A stretch of 64,000 nucleotides of DNA from an uncultured Bacteroidota bacterium (GTDB lineage Bacteria; Bacteroidota; Bacteroidia; Flavobacteriales; Flavobacteriaceae), in NCBI GenBank assembly GCA_902604715.1, contig CACLAD010000002.1:8963-72962 (forward strand). Reading direction: 5' to 3'. The stretch's first letter is position 1. Each line of letters begins with the position of its first letter. Under the pieces are notes generated by a model that saw nothing but the letters and a program-made list of their open reading frames with translations, was not told the DNA's origin and searched no databases. The position numbers and the translations under genes were made by a program. This document shows positions 48,833 to 58,783 of the stretch, piece after piece.

Positions 48833-49294
48833 TTAAAATTTTATTTTGACTTTTGCTTCTTTAATTTTATCTAAATCAATATCCATTGATTTTTCCACAG
48901 TAATTTTACCTTTACCAACCGGTTTTTGCTCCCTTACTTTCCAAACAATATTTATATACTTTTTATTAGCATAAGTTAATTTACCTTCAAATTTTTGATC
49001 AATAGTTTTAATTGTAAGGGTCCTTCCATGGTGTTTAGAGTATTGGCGTGTGTTAGTTAAAGGTGAAGTTGCTCCACATGAAGCAACCTGCAATGAAAAA
49101 TCAATTTCATCACGGTCCAAATTAGCTTCTATAGCTCTACTTATAAACATGCAATCTTCAACTTTTACCCCATTATCTCCATCAATAGTGACACTAATTT
49201 CATTGTTTTCAGAAACTGAAAAATCAATCAGAAATAGTTCAGGCCTCTGATCAAAACAATTAGTTAATAATAAGTCTATTTTTTCTTTTAACAT
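48833..49294 (-). CDS. rimP: Ribosome maturation factor RimP
   Basis: 153 aa. Family pattern (LFLIDFSVSENNEISVTIDGDNGV, SSPGxx-like CGATSPL). Position directly upstream of nusA. Confidence 0.85.
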   Translation of the reverse strand: MLKEKIDLLLTNCFDQRPELFLIDFSVSENNEISVTIDGDNGVKVEDCMFISRAIEANLDRDEIDFSLQVASCGATSPLTNTRQYSKHHGRTLTIKTIDQKFEGKLTYANKKYINIVWKVREQKPVGKGKITVEKSMDIDLDKIKEAKVKIKF

Positions 49295-49300
49295 TTTTCT

Positions 49301-49328
49301 ATAAAAAGAGGGGACTCATAGTCCCCTC
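49301..49328 (-). terminator. Strong intrinsic terminator hairpin between tRNA-Gln and rimP
   Basis: Minus-strand RNA GAGGGGACU-AUG-AGUCCCCUC (9-bp GC-rich stem, 3-nt loop) followed by UUUUU. The U-tract ends 8 nt before the rimP ATG. Confidence 0.75.
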
Positions 49329-49397
49329 ATAATATTATCATTAATCAGTTGTGCAAATATACAATAAAATATTTCATTAGCTAATATTTGCACCTAG

Positions 49398-49470
49398 TTG
49401 GCCTACTAGGGATCGAACCTAGACTCTTCTGGACCAAAACCAGACGTGTTGCCAGTTACACCATAGGCCA
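49398..49470 (-). tRNA. tRNA-Gln (anticodon TTG)
   Basis: Manual cloverleaf: acceptor TGGCCTA/TAGGCCA, D stem GTGT/ACAC, anticodon stem TCTGG/CCAGA with loop TTTTGGT, T arm CTAGG-TTCGATC-CCTAG. CCA is not encoded. Confidence 0.9.
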
Positions 49471-49479
49471 TTGAGGATG

Positions 49480-49487
49480 CAAATTTA
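49480..49487 (-). promoter_or_regulatory. Bacteroidota -7 box (TAAATTTG on the minus strand) for tRNA-Gln
   Basis: Exact TAnnTTTG match. Its G lies 9 nt upstream of the mature tRNA 5' end. Confidence 0.5.
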
Positions 49488-49562
49488 AAATAAATTTTAT
49501 TTCAGCAATATATTTTAACTAATTATGTTTAAAATTTGGAGTTAAGAAGAATTTTTTATTAA

Positions 49563-49570
49563 TACATTTG
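49563..49570 (+). promoter_or_regulatory. Bacteroidota -7 box (TACATTTG) for the DUF2723 gene
   Basis: Exact TAnnTTTG match 19 nt upstream of ATG 49589. It overlaps the TTG 49568 used by the ORF track. Confidence 0.5.
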
Positions 49571-49588
49571 AAAAAATTTATTTTTGCG

Positions 49589-52500
49589 ATGAACGATGAA
49601 AAACTGAATTTAATTATTGGCTGGTTATGCTTTTTGATTTCATTTATCGTTTATTATTTAACCGCTGAGCCAACAGTTAGTTTTTGGGACACCGGTGAAT
49701 ATATAACCACTTCCGCAAAACTTCAGGTGGGTCATCCACCAGGGGCTCCACTTTATCAGTTGCTAGGCGCAATATTTTCGATTTTTGCTGTCGAAAAAGA
49801 AAATATTGGTTTTACAATGAATTTAATGAGTGGCTTCGCAAGTGCATTGACAATTTCATTTATGTATTGGTCAATAGTGCTGGTTTTAAAAAAACTTACC
49901 TCAGATATTAAAGACACAATTAAAAAACAATTGATGGTGTCTATTTCTGCTTTTATTGGTTCAATTTCATTTGCTTTTACTGACACGTTTTGGTTTAGTG
50001 CCGTTGAGACTGAGGTTTATGCCATGGCTACATTAATAATGGCAATTATGTTTTATTTAGGATTAAGATGGGAAATTGATATGCATAAGGCAAATGGTGA
50101 TAAATGGTTACTTTTAATCTGCTTTGTTACAGGGCTATCTTTCGGGGTTCATTTCATGGGACTATTAGTAATCCCCGCAATAGTAATGATTTACTACTTT
50201 AAAAATCAAGAGGAAATTTTAAAATCATTAAACCTAAAACCTATTATTGGTTTTATTATTGCTAATGCTATTGGGATAGCAATCCTTATGGGTATCTTTA
50301 AGTTATTGCTTCCGAATACCTTAAAATTTTTCAGTGCTACAGAACTTTTATTTGTAAACAACTTAGGGTTGCCATTTAATTCTGGAACTTTGGTAGCTTT
50401 TATGTTCATAATCTATGTTTTTTATTTTTTGATAAATTACACAAGAAAAAAAGGTTTTGTTAACGCTAACACGTTTACCCTTTGTTTTTTATTTATTTTT
50501 ATTGGCTTTTCTTCATGGTTAATCTTACCAATTCGTGCAAACGCAGATGTTGTAGTTAATGAAAATGATCCTTCTAATGCAAGAGAACTTTTAGCTTACT
50601 ATAATCTTGAGCAATATCCAAAAACTTATCTTTTTTATGGCCCATTATTTTCGGACCAATATTCAGGGTTGGACAAAAAGACGCCTTACAAAGATGACAA
50701 CCCCAAATATGAAAAAGATTTAATAAAAAAGAAATATGTTATTGTTAATGATTATAAGGACGCAGTCCAAAATTATAATTCTGAACACGCATCAATACTT
50801 CCAAGAATGTGGAGTACTGAACATGCTGAAAATTATTTGAACTACACTGGCTATCTTGATTTCAAGATTAAACCTAGATACGCATCGGAATCTGAACTTG
50901 TAGATTTTATAAAAGACTTTAAAGGAAAAATTAACAGTAATGAAATTGACTATGAGGACTTTCACAATTTTCTAAGACAATATGGGCAGTTTTTAGATAT
51001 AGAAAAGCCATCTTTTATGAGTAATCTTTACTATTTATTTAATTATCAAATAGGATATATGTATTGGCGTTATTTTATGTGGAATTTTTCAGGTCGCCAA
51101 GATGATATACAGGGTAAAATGGATATGCATGGCAATTGGATTAGTGGGATAAATTTTATTGACGAATGGAGTCTTGGAGTTTCACAAAAAAATCTACCAA
51201 AAGACGTAATTGATAATAAGGCTCGAAACACATATTTTTTGCTGCCTCTTTTATTAGGTTTAATTGGATTATACTTTTTATATAACGTTGATAAAAAATT
51301 ATTTTGGATACTAATCTTATTCTTTCTTTTTACTGGAATAGCAATTCAGGTTTACACTAACGTAAGGCCATTTGAACCAAGAGAAAGAGATTACTCAGTT
51401 GTTGGATCATTTTATGTTTTTTCAATAATTATTGGTTTGGGGGCATATTATGTTGCAGATTTATTTGAAAAAATTAAAATCAAGGGGGCTGGAATTCTTT
51501 CTTTCATTTTATGTTTATTTTTTGTGCCTGTAAATTTAGCTATGAATAATTGGGATGACCATGACAGAAGTGATAGATATACAGCTTACGAAATGGCCGT
51601 CAATTATCTTGAGTCCTGTGATAAAAATGCAATATTATTTACAATTGGTGATAACGATACTTTCCCTCTGTGGTATGCTCAAGAAATTGAAGGAATCCGA
51701 ACCGACGTAAGGGTAGTTAATACAAGTCTTTTAAGTACTGACTGGTATATTAATCAAATGAAAAGAAAAGCTTATGAAAGTGATCCAATCCCTTCCAGTT
51801 TATCTGTTGACAAGTATAGGCATGGTACTAGGGATTACATCATTAAAGAAGAAATTAGTCAAGACACGGTTGATGTTAATGTGTTTATAGATTTTATTAC
51901 TCAAGATGTAAAGGATTACAAATACGGAGAAATTCTTAAGAGGCAAGGTTATGATGTGGCGGGATTAAGAAGTCAAGACTATAATGCTAATTTCCTGCCA
52001 ACAGAAAATGTTAGAATTCCCGTAAATATCGACAATGTTATTAAAAATGGTATTGTTAGTGAAAAATATTCAGAACTAATTGAAGAGGAAATATTTATCA
52101 AAATAAAATCACAGGCTTTATACAAGAACAGGCTAATTATGCTTGATATAATTGCAAATAATAATTGGGAAAGACCAATATACTTTACAGGTGGTGCTTT
52201 TGGTGATGAAGACTATTTGTGGATGAAAGATTTTCTACAGCTTGATGGAATGTGCTATAAACTTGTTCCGATTAAAACCTTAGTCGATAGGTCAAACCCA
52301 TACGAAATGGGAATGATAGATTCGGAAAAAATGTTAAGCATAGTTGATAAATGGAATTGGAATATTGAGAATGAAAAGAATATTTACTTTGATGTTGAGT
52401 CAAGAAAAAATAGCATCACATATAGAAGTAATATTTCAAGACTTGCAAAACAATTGATTTTTGAAAATAAGCAAATTGAAGCAGAAAAAATTTTAGACAA

Positions 52501-52813
52501 ATGCATGAAAAAATTCCCAACAAATAAATTTGGGTATTATACTCTTTTAGAGCCATTCATTATTTCTTATTACAAAATCGGTAGAGAAGAAAAAGCTAGA
52601 AAATTATTTGATGAAATAGCTGAAAAATATCAGCAAAAACTGTTTTATTATAGCGGATTAAATAATTCAAATAAAAATAGATATGCTGAGGAAATTTATA
52701 CTGATATTGAGAGGTATAGATCTTTGGTTGATGTTATGATAAATTTTGAAGAAGGGGAATTTCTTGAGACAAGAATGCAAGAATTTAACAACTACCTAGA
52801 TTTATTTCTATAA
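49589..52813 (+). CDS. DUF2723-family membrane protein (putative glycosyltransferase with a PMT-like polytopic N-domain and a large C-terminal domain)
   Basis: About 1074 aa. N-terminus LTAEPTVSFWDTGEYITTSAKLQVGHPPGAPLY, typical of DUF2723, with many TM helices. The C-terminal soluble part has TPR-like features. Confidence 0.75.
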   Translation: MNDEKLNLIIGWLCFLISFIVYYLTAEPTVSFWDTGEYITTSAKLQVGHPPGAPLYQLLGAIFSIFAVEKENIGFTMNLMSGFASALTISFMYWSIVLVLKKLTSDIKDTIKKQLMVSISAFIGSISFAFTDTFWFSAVETEVYAMATLIMAIMFYLGLRWEIDMHKANGDKWLLLICFVTGLSFGVHFMGLLVIPAIVMIYYFKNQEEILKSLNLKPIIGFIIANAIGIAILMGIFKLLLPNTLKFFSATELLFVNNLGLPFNSGTLVAFMFIIYVFYFLINYTRKKGFVNANTFTLCFLFIFIGFSSWLILPIRANADVVVNENDPSNARELLAYYNLEQYPKTYLFYGPLFSDQYSGLDKKTPYKDDNPKYEKDLIKKKYVIVNDYKDAVQNYNSEHASILPRMWSTEHAENYLNYTGYLDFKIKPRYASESELVDFIKDFKGKINSNEIDYEDFHNFLRQYGQFLDIEKPSFMSNLYYLFNYQIGYMYWRYFMWNFSGRQDDIQGKMDMHGNWISGINFIDEWSLGVSQKNLPKDVIDNKARNTYFLLPLLLGLIGLYFLYNVDKKLFWILILFFLFTGIAIQVYTNVRPFEPRERDYSVVGSFYVFSIIIGLGAYYVADLFEKIKIKGAGILSFILCLFFVPVNLAMNNWDDHDRSDRYTAYEMAVNYLESCDKNAILFTIGDNDTFPLWYAQEIEGIRTDVRVVNTSLLSTDWYINQMKRKAYESDPIPSSLSVDKYRHGTRDYIIKEEISQDTVDVNVFIDFITQDVKDYKYGEILKRQGYDVAGLRSQDYNANFLPTENVRIPVNIDNVIKNGIVSEKYSELIEEEIFIKIKSQALYKNRLIMLDIIANNNWERPIYFTGGAFGDEDYLWMKDFLQLDGMCYKLVPIKTLVDRSNPYEMGMIDSEKMLSIVDKWNWNIENEKNIYFDVESRKNSITYRSNISRLAKQLIFENKQIEAEKILDKCMKKFPTNKFGYYTLLEPFIISYYKIGREEKARKLFDEIAEKYQQKLFYYSGLNNSNKNRYAEEIYTDIERYRSLVDVMINFEEGEFLETRMQEFNNYLDLFL

Positions 52814-52874
52814 ACTAAGAAAATTCATCTATTTTATTTATTTTAGAAAATATATTAACTAACCTTATTTAATA

Positions 52875-54518
52875 ATGAAAAATCAAAATAATTCCGCATT
52901 ATTTACATTAATTACAGTGTTTTTCTTTTGGGGGTTTTTTGGAGCATCAAACGGTGTTTTTATCCCATTTTGTAAAACATATTTTCAAATTGATCAATTT
53001 CAAGCTCAGCTTGTCGAATTTGCATTTTATGGAGCATATTTTATCGGTGCTTTGATATTATTTATTTGGTCAAGCTATTCAAAAAAGGATATTTTGAATA
53101 CTTGGGGGTACAAAAAAGGAATTATTTATGGATTGATTATTTCAATTTTTGGTGCCTTGGTAATGTATCCTTCCGTAAATGGTGCTGAGCAAGGAGATAC
53201 ACAGGTTTTTTATTATGTGCTAATTGCATTATTTATTATTGGATTAGGATTCTCTCTTCAGCAAACAGCTGCAAATCCGTTTGCAGTATCACTTGGAGAC
53301 CCTTCAACTGGTTCCAATAGGCTTAATTTAGCGGGTGGTGTTAATTCTTTTGGAACTGCCATCGGGCCGATTTTAATTGCTTTTGTTTTGTTTGGTTCGG
53401 CTTCAGAAGTAAATTGGGACATTATTGAATTAAGTTCAGTTCAAGGTTTATATATTGCTGTAGCCATCGCATTTTTATTAGTTGCAGGATTTTTCTACGT
53501 GTCAAAGAATCTTCCTGACGCAAAAAATGATGAACCTTTTGAATCTGCCTCAAAAGCAAAAACAATGCTTATTATAATGACTGTTATAATGACTATATGC
53601 TTTGGTTGGATTTTTTATTCATACACACCTGCGTTTGAAAATAGTCCCATTGAAGACTTAGAGATAATTAGATTAATTTTAACCATTGTTTGTCTTTTAT
53701 CTGTTTTTGCATTAATATTTAGAGCAAATTCATCAGCAAATAAAAATTCTGTAGGTTGGGGAGCCTTAAAATACCCTCAACTTGCTTGGGGAATGCTTGC
53801 GATTTTTACTTATGTTGGAGTAGAAGTAACAATCCAAAGTAATCTTGGGGAGCTTTTAAAAGCTGATATTGGTGAAGGACTAAATGCTATTGGACTCCCG
53901 GTTCTTGATGAAGCTCAAAGCGCAAAATATATTGCATTGTATTGGGGTGGATTAATGATAGGTAGATGGACTGGTTCTATTGGAGCTTTTGATATTTCTG
54001 AATCCTTAAAAAGGTTACTATTATTCATAACACCATTTATTGCGTTTGGAGTTGTAATAGCTGTAAACGCATTCAGTAATCCGCTTACAATTTCTGAGAT
54101 AGGTATATTTTCTCTTTTAATCGTAATACAAATTTTTGGTTTTTATTTGGCAAAAGATAATGCACTCAAAATTATGGCAATATTTAGTCTTCTAGGAGTT
54201 ATTGCTATGCTTGTAGGGATATTTGGGTCTGGTGAAATTGCTCTTTTTGCGTTTTTAACCGGAGGTTTATTTTGCTCAATTATGTGGCCATGTATTTTCT
54301 CATTAAGTATTACAGGACTAGGAAAGTATACTTCACAAGGTTCATCTTTTTTGGTAATGATGATATTAGGTGGTGCAATAATCCCTCCACTTCAGGGAAA
54401 ACTTGCTGATATTTTTGGAATTATAACATCTTATTGGGTAGCTGTAATTTGCTTTGTTTTTCTATTGTTATATTCAATAACAACTAAACAAATTTTATCC
54501 AAACAAAAATTAATTTAA
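52875..54518 (+). CDS. Sugar MFS transporter (FucP/GluP-like), unusually long
   Basis: 547 aa with about 12 TM helices. N-terminal FFFWGFFGASNGVFIPFCK and LQQTAANPF resemble the fucose/glucose-galactose permease family. Confidence 0.7.
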   Translation: MKNQNNSALFTLITVFFFWGFFGASNGVFIPFCKTYFQIDQFQAQLVEFAFYGAYFIGALILFIWSSYSKKDILNTWGYKKGIIYGLIISIFGALVMYPSVNGAEQGDTQVFYYVLIALFIIGLGFSLQQTAANPFAVSLGDPSTGSNRLNLAGGVNSFGTAIGPILIAFVLFGSASEVNWDIIELSSVQGLYIAVAIAFLLVAGFFYVSKNLPDAKNDEPFESASKAKTMLIIMTVIMTICFGWIFYSYTPAFENSPIEDLEIIRLILTIVCLLSVFALIFRANSSANKNSVGWGALKYPQLAWGMLAIFTYVGVEVTIQSNLGELLKADIGEGLNAIGLPVLDEAQSAKYIALYWGGLMIGRWTGSIGAFDISESLKRLLLFITPFIAFGVVIAVNAFSNPLTISEIGIFSLLIVIQIFGFYLAKDNALKIMAIFSLLGVIAMLVGIFGSGEIALFAFLTGGLFCSIMWPCIFSLSITGLGKYTSQGSSFLVMMILGGAIIPPLQGKLADIFGIITSYWVAVICFVFLLLYSITTKQILSKQKLI

Positions 54519-54521
54519 AAA

Positions 54522-55493
54522 ATGAACAGAAGAAGTTTTATAAAAAGATCGGGGGTCGCTTCACTTGGAATTGGACTCAGTATCGATAAAACTTTCTCTA
54601 ATTCAGTAAAACAAACAAATAATACAGTTGTAGTTGCAACATGGGACGTAAAAAAAGCAACCGAAAAAGCATGGGAAATTTTATCCGCTAACGGAAATTC
54701 TCTGGATGCAGTAGAACAAGGCTGCAGAATTGAAGAAGCAAATGAAGATGGCCAGTCAGTTGGAATTGGTGGACTTCCAGATCGTGAAGGAAATGTAACC
54801 CTTGATGCTTGCATTATGGATTACATGGGGAATTGCGGATCAGTTGTCTATTTAAAAGATATAAAGCATGCAATTTCTGTTGCACGTTTGGTGATGGAGA
54901 AAACTCCTCATGTAATGTTAGCAGGATATGGGGCTAAAAAGTATGCTTTATCAATGGGTTTTAATGAGGAAAATCTTTTAACCGAAAAGTCTAAAAAAGA
55001 TTGGATCAAGTGGAAAAAAGAGGAAGAGTACAAGCCTATTATTAATATTGAAAATCATGATACCATTGGCATGTTGGCGATGGATGAAAAACAAAATATT
55101 AGTGGGGCGTGCACAACAAGTGGATTAGCTTATAAAATGCAGGGGCGAGTCGGTGATTCTCCAATTATTGGTTCGGGTTTATTTATTGATAATGAAATTG
55201 GGGGGGCAGTAGCTACTGGTTTAGGTGAAGAAGTTATAAAAACAGTAGGTAGCTTCCTTGTTGTCGAATTAATGAGGCAAGGATATTCTCCTGAGGATGC
55301 TTGTAAAATTGCAATTGAAAGAATTGTGAAAAAACCAAGAAGTAATTATAAAAATTTTCAAGTCGGATATGTTGCTCTGAATAAAATGGGTCAAAGTGGA
55401 TCATACTCAATTCAAAAGGGCTTTAGTATGACGCGATTCGATAATAATGGCAATATAAATCTAGATTCCCAATACTACCTTAATCAGGGATAA
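54522..55493 (+). CDS. N4-(beta-N-acetylglucosaminyl)-L-asparaginase (glycosylasparaginase, Ntn hydrolase)
   Basis: Tat-type signal MNRRSFIKRSGVASLG. Autoproteolytic site context HDTIGMLAMD and GDSPIIGSGLFIDNEIGGAVATGLGEE. Confidence 0.85.
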   Translation: MNRRSFIKRSGVASLGIGLSIDKTFSNSVKQTNNTVVVATWDVKKATEKAWEILSANGNSLDAVEQGCRIEEANEDGQSVGIGGLPDREGNVTLDACIMDYMGNCGSVVYLKDIKHAISVARLVMEKTPHVMLAGYGAKKYALSMGFNEENLLTEKSKKDWIKWKKEEEYKPIINIENHDTIGMLAMDEKQNISGACTTSGLAYKMQGRVGDSPIIGSGLFIDNEIGGAVATGLGEEVIKTVGSFLVVELMRQGYSPEDACKIAIERIVKKPRSNYKNFQVGYVALNKMGQSGSYSIQKGFSMTRFDNNGNINLDSQYYLNQG

Positions 55494-58220
55494 ATGGATA
55501 AAAAAAAACGTTTATTTTTAATTGACGCATATGCTTTAATATTTCGTGGATATTATGCATTCATTAAAAACCCTAGGATTAACTCTAAGGGTCTAGACAC
55601 TTCAGCTATTTTAGGTTTTACTAATTCGCTTTTTGATGTTATAAAAAGAGAGAGGCCTGATTATTTAGCCGTATGTTTTGACAAAGGTGGAAGTCAAGAT
55701 AGAATCAAAATATTTGACCAATATAAATCTAACAGAGATGAAACGCCAGAGGCCATCAAAATTGCGGTGCCAATTATTGAAAAGATCTTAAAATCACTCA
55801 ATATTTCGATTTTGGTAAAAGAGGGCTACGAGGCTGACGATATCATTGGTACAATTGCAAAAAAAGTAAAGTCTAAGCAATTTGACATCTATATGGTTAC
55901 ACCGGATAAAGATTTTGCACAATTAGTTGACGAATCAATTTTTATGTATAGGCCTGTTTTTGGAGGTGGTTATGAAACTTGGGGCATTAATGAAGTATTG
56001 GAAAAATTTGAGGTTTCAAATACATCTCAGGTTATTGATTTTTTGGCAATGAAAGGTGATTCAGTAGACAATATTCCAGGACTTCCCGGAGTTGGGGATA
56101 AGACCGCCAAAAAATTTATTAAAGAATTTGGTTCTATTGAAGAGCTTTTAAGAAACACGTCCGAGTTGAAAGGCAAATTAAAAGATAAAGTTGAACAAAA
56201 TAAAGATTTGGGAATTCTTTCAAAAAAATTAGCAACAATAATTACAGATGTCCCAATTGAATTTGAAATAGAAAACTTAAAACTCAACGTTGATAAATTA
56301 GATGAAACAAAAAAAATATTTGAAAATTTAGAATTTAAAAGACTTTTTAATTCACTGGACACTATTTTTTCTAATTCTAAAGTTGAAATAAAAAATGAAT
56401 CAGAAAATTTAACACATGAGATGAAGGCTGAAGTTAGTCCTGGTTTTGGTCAATTTAACTTATTTGAAGAAAATAGTAATAGTCATAATAAGGACAAACA
56501 TGATATTATCTACCAAAATATTCAGTCCGACATCTCTGCAAAATTATTTCTACAGAAAATAGAAATGCAAAAAGAGATTAGTTATAATATTTCTTCTGAA
56601 AAGTCAGAAAATTCTGATTTAATTTTAGAATCTGTTTCTTTCTCTTGGGATAGTAATATTTCCTATGTGATGAAAAACGATTTTAAAAAATTTGAAGCTT
56701 TGCTAAAGAAAATTTTTGAAAATCAGAATATTTCAAAAATATCTAATGATCTGAAGCAAGACATTAAATTATTAGCTCAAAAAAAAATAAGAATCTTAGG
56801 AGGTGTTTTTGATATTAAGCTCGCTCATTATTTGATTAATCCTGATATTAGTCATGATTTTATAAGCATTTCCAATAACTATCTGAATTTATCAATCATA
56901 AAGAAAATAAAAGAATTATTCAATTATGAAATTTCGTGTCTTGCCTACCGACTGAAACCACTCCTTATGTCTGATTTAGTAAAATTTCATCAGCTAGAAC
57001 TTTATAATAATATTGAAATCCCTCTGCTAAAAACTCTTGCTATAATGGAAACTGAGGGAATTAACTTAGATTTAAAGTTTTTAAAGAATTTATCAAAAAG
57101 AACAACAGAAGAATTAGGGGACATAACCAAAAAAATATTTGAATTATCTGGTAAAGAATTTAATATTTCATCTCCCAAACAATTAGGTGAAGTTTTGTTT
57201 GAAAAAATGAAAATAAGTGACAAACCAAAGAAGACCAAAACTGGCCAGTACTCAACATCTGAGGAAACCTTAACAGAACTAGCATCAAAAAATGATATTG
57301 TAAAATTAGTTTTAGATCATAGAAGTATCTCTAAATTGCTTAATACTTACATTGATTCGCTTCCTAAACAACTTGATAAATCAACAAATAGGATTCATAC
57401 TGAATATGTTCAAACAATTGCCTCAACTGGAAGACTAAGTAGTGTAAATCCTAATCTTCAAAATATTCCAATTCGAACGTCAAGAGGTAAAGAAATCAGA
57501 AAAGCATTCATAGCTAAGAACAAAGACTATTTTTTGATGGCTGCTGATTATTCACAGATAGAATTAAGAATCATAGCTTCATTGAGTGAAGAAGAGAATA
57601 TGATGAGTGCTTTTAAAAATAAAGAAGATATTCATTCATCGACTGCATCAGCTGTTTTTAATGTTCCTAAAAATAAGGTAACAAAAGAACAAAGATCGAA
57701 TGCTAAAGTTGTAAATTTTGGTATTATATATGGTGTGTCTGCATTTGGTTTAAGTAATCAAACTAATCTGAATAGGAAGGAGTCTAAAGAATTAATTGAA
57801 AAGTATTTTGAAAAATACCCTAAACTTAAGAATTACATGAATAATCAAATTTCATTTGCAAGAGATAATGGGTTTGTTGAAACAATTTTAGGAAGAAGGA
57901 GATACTTAAAAGATATAAATTCACAAAATAGTATAGTTAGAGGTGCTGCAGAAAGAAACGCTATTAATGCACCAATTCAGGGTAGTGCCGCAGATATTAT
58001 CAAAATAGCAATGATAAATATTCAAAATAAATTAAGCAACGGCAACTATAAAAGTAAAATGTTATTACAAGTACATGATGAATTAGTTTTTGACGTATTT
58101 AAACCAGAGCTAAATGAGATCATCAATTTGGCCAGAAATGAAATGGAGCAAGCATATAAAATTAATGTACCTCTAACAGTTGACCTAAATTATGGACTAA
58201 ACTGGCTTGAAGCACACTAA
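55494..58220 (+). CDS. polA: DNA polymerase I
   Basis: 908 aa. The 5' nuclease N-domain carries LIDAYALIFRGYYA. Polymerase motifs are RIHTEYVQTIASTGRLSS, DYSQIELRI and QVHDELVF. Confidence 0.95.
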   Translation: MDKKKRLFLIDAYALIFRGYYAFIKNPRINSKGLDTSAILGFTNSLFDVIKRERPDYLAVCFDKGGSQDRIKIFDQYKSNRDETPEAIKIAVPIIEKILKSLNISILVKEGYEADDIIGTIAKKVKSKQFDIYMVTPDKDFAQLVDESIFMYRPVFGGGYETWGINEVLEKFEVSNTSQVIDFLAMKGDSVDNIPGLPGVGDKTAKKFIKEFGSIEELLRNTSELKGKLKDKVEQNKDLGILSKKLATIITDVPIEFEIENLKLNVDKLDETKKIFENLEFKRLFNSLDTIFSNSKVEIKNESENLTHEMKAEVSPGFGQFNLFEENSNSHNKDKHDIIYQNIQSDISAKLFLQKIEMQKEISYNISSEKSENSDLILESVSFSWDSNISYVMKNDFKKFEALLKKIFENQNISKISNDLKQDIKLLAQKKIRILGGVFDIKLAHYLINPDISHDFISISNNYLNLSIIKKIKELFNYEISCLAYRLKPLLMSDLVKFHQLELYNNIEIPLLKTLAIMETEGINLDLKFLKNLSKRTTEELGDITKKIFELSGKEFNISSPKQLGEVLFEKMKISDKPKKTKTGQYSTSEETLTELASKNDIVKLVLDHRSISKLLNTYIDSLPKQLDKSTNRIHTEYVQTIASTGRLSSVNPNLQNIPIRTSRGKEIRKAFIAKNKDYFLMAADYSQIELRIIASLSEEENMMSAFKNKEDIHSSTASAVFNVPKNKVTKEQRSNAKVVNFGIIYGVSAFGLSNQTNLNRKESKELIEKYFEKYPKLKNYMNNQISFARDNGFVETILGRRRYLKDINSQNSIVRGAAERNAINAPIQGSAADIIKIAMINIQNKLSNGNYKSKMLLQVHDELVFDVFKPELNEIINLARNEMEQAYKINVPLTVDLNYGLNWLEAH

Positions 58221-58262
58221 TTTTCACGAGGCCTCCTTCAAGAAAAAAAATTTCTTTAACTA

Positions 58263-58293
58263 TTTGCTAATAAAATATATAATTGTAGATTTG
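58263..58293 (+). promoter_or_regulatory. Bacteroidota sigma-A promoter (-33 TTTG, 19-nt spacer, -7 TAGATTTG) for rplM-rpsI
   Basis: TTTG at 58263-58266 and TAGATTTG at 58286-58293, 35 nt upstream of the rplM start. Confidence 0.6.
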
Positions 58294-58327
58294 CAACCTC
58301 TTAAAAGAGATTGATAATAATTGAATT

Positions 58328-58783
58328 TTGGATACATCAAGTTTTAAAACAATATCTGCAAATAAAAAAACAGTTGAAAAAAATTGGGTAATAGTTGATG
58401 CGGATGGTCAAACTTTAGGAAGACTAGCATCAAAGGTTGCTATTTTATTAAGAGGTAAACACAAACCGAACTTTACGCCGCATGTTGATTGTGGTGATAA
58501 TGTTATTGTGATTAATTCTAAGAAAATTAACCTTTCTGGAAACAAATGGGAGCAAAAGAAGTATATTAGGTATACCGGCTACCCTGGTGGACAAAGATCA
58601 TTGAGTGCATTAGAACAATTTGGAAAAAATCCAAATTCAATTATAGAAAAATCAGTTAAAGGTATGCTGCCTAAAAATAAATTAGGTGCTAATCTTTTTA
58701 GAAATTTACATGTTTTCTCTGATTCCGATCACAAATTTGAGGCTCAAAAACCTTCCACAATAGATTTAAATAAAGTAAATTAA
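58328..58783 (+). CDS. rplM: 50S ribosomal protein L13
   Basis: FKTISANKKTVEKNWVIVDADGQTLGRLAS...GKHKPNFTPHVDCGD. TTG start. Confidence 0.93.
   Translation: MDTSSFKTISANKKTVEKNWVIVDADGQTLGRLASKVAILLRGKHKPNFTPHVDCGDNVIVINSKKINLSGNKWEQKKYIRYTGYPGGQRSLSALEQFGKNPNSIIEKSVKGMLPKNKLGANLFRNLHVFSDSDHKFEAQKPSTIDLNKVN

Noticed and set aside
49471-49588. Possible replication origin at the switch from a minus-strand gene block (10.4-49.5 kb, one small exception) to a plus-strand block (49.6-64 kb).
   Set aside because: The spacer is only 118 nt and I find no DnaA-box-like TTATCCACA/TGTGGATAA sequences. There is no dnaA or dnaN nearby. It is explained by two divergent promoters. A cumulative GC-skew plot of the whole replicon would be needed to say more.
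58221-58262. Self-complementary GAGGCCTC and an AAGAAA-A5-TTTCTT stem after polA, considered as a terminator.
   Set aside because: GAGGCCTC has no loop, and the second stem is 6 bp with only one G-C pair and no convincing U-tract. Not supportable as an intrinsic terminator from sequence alone.
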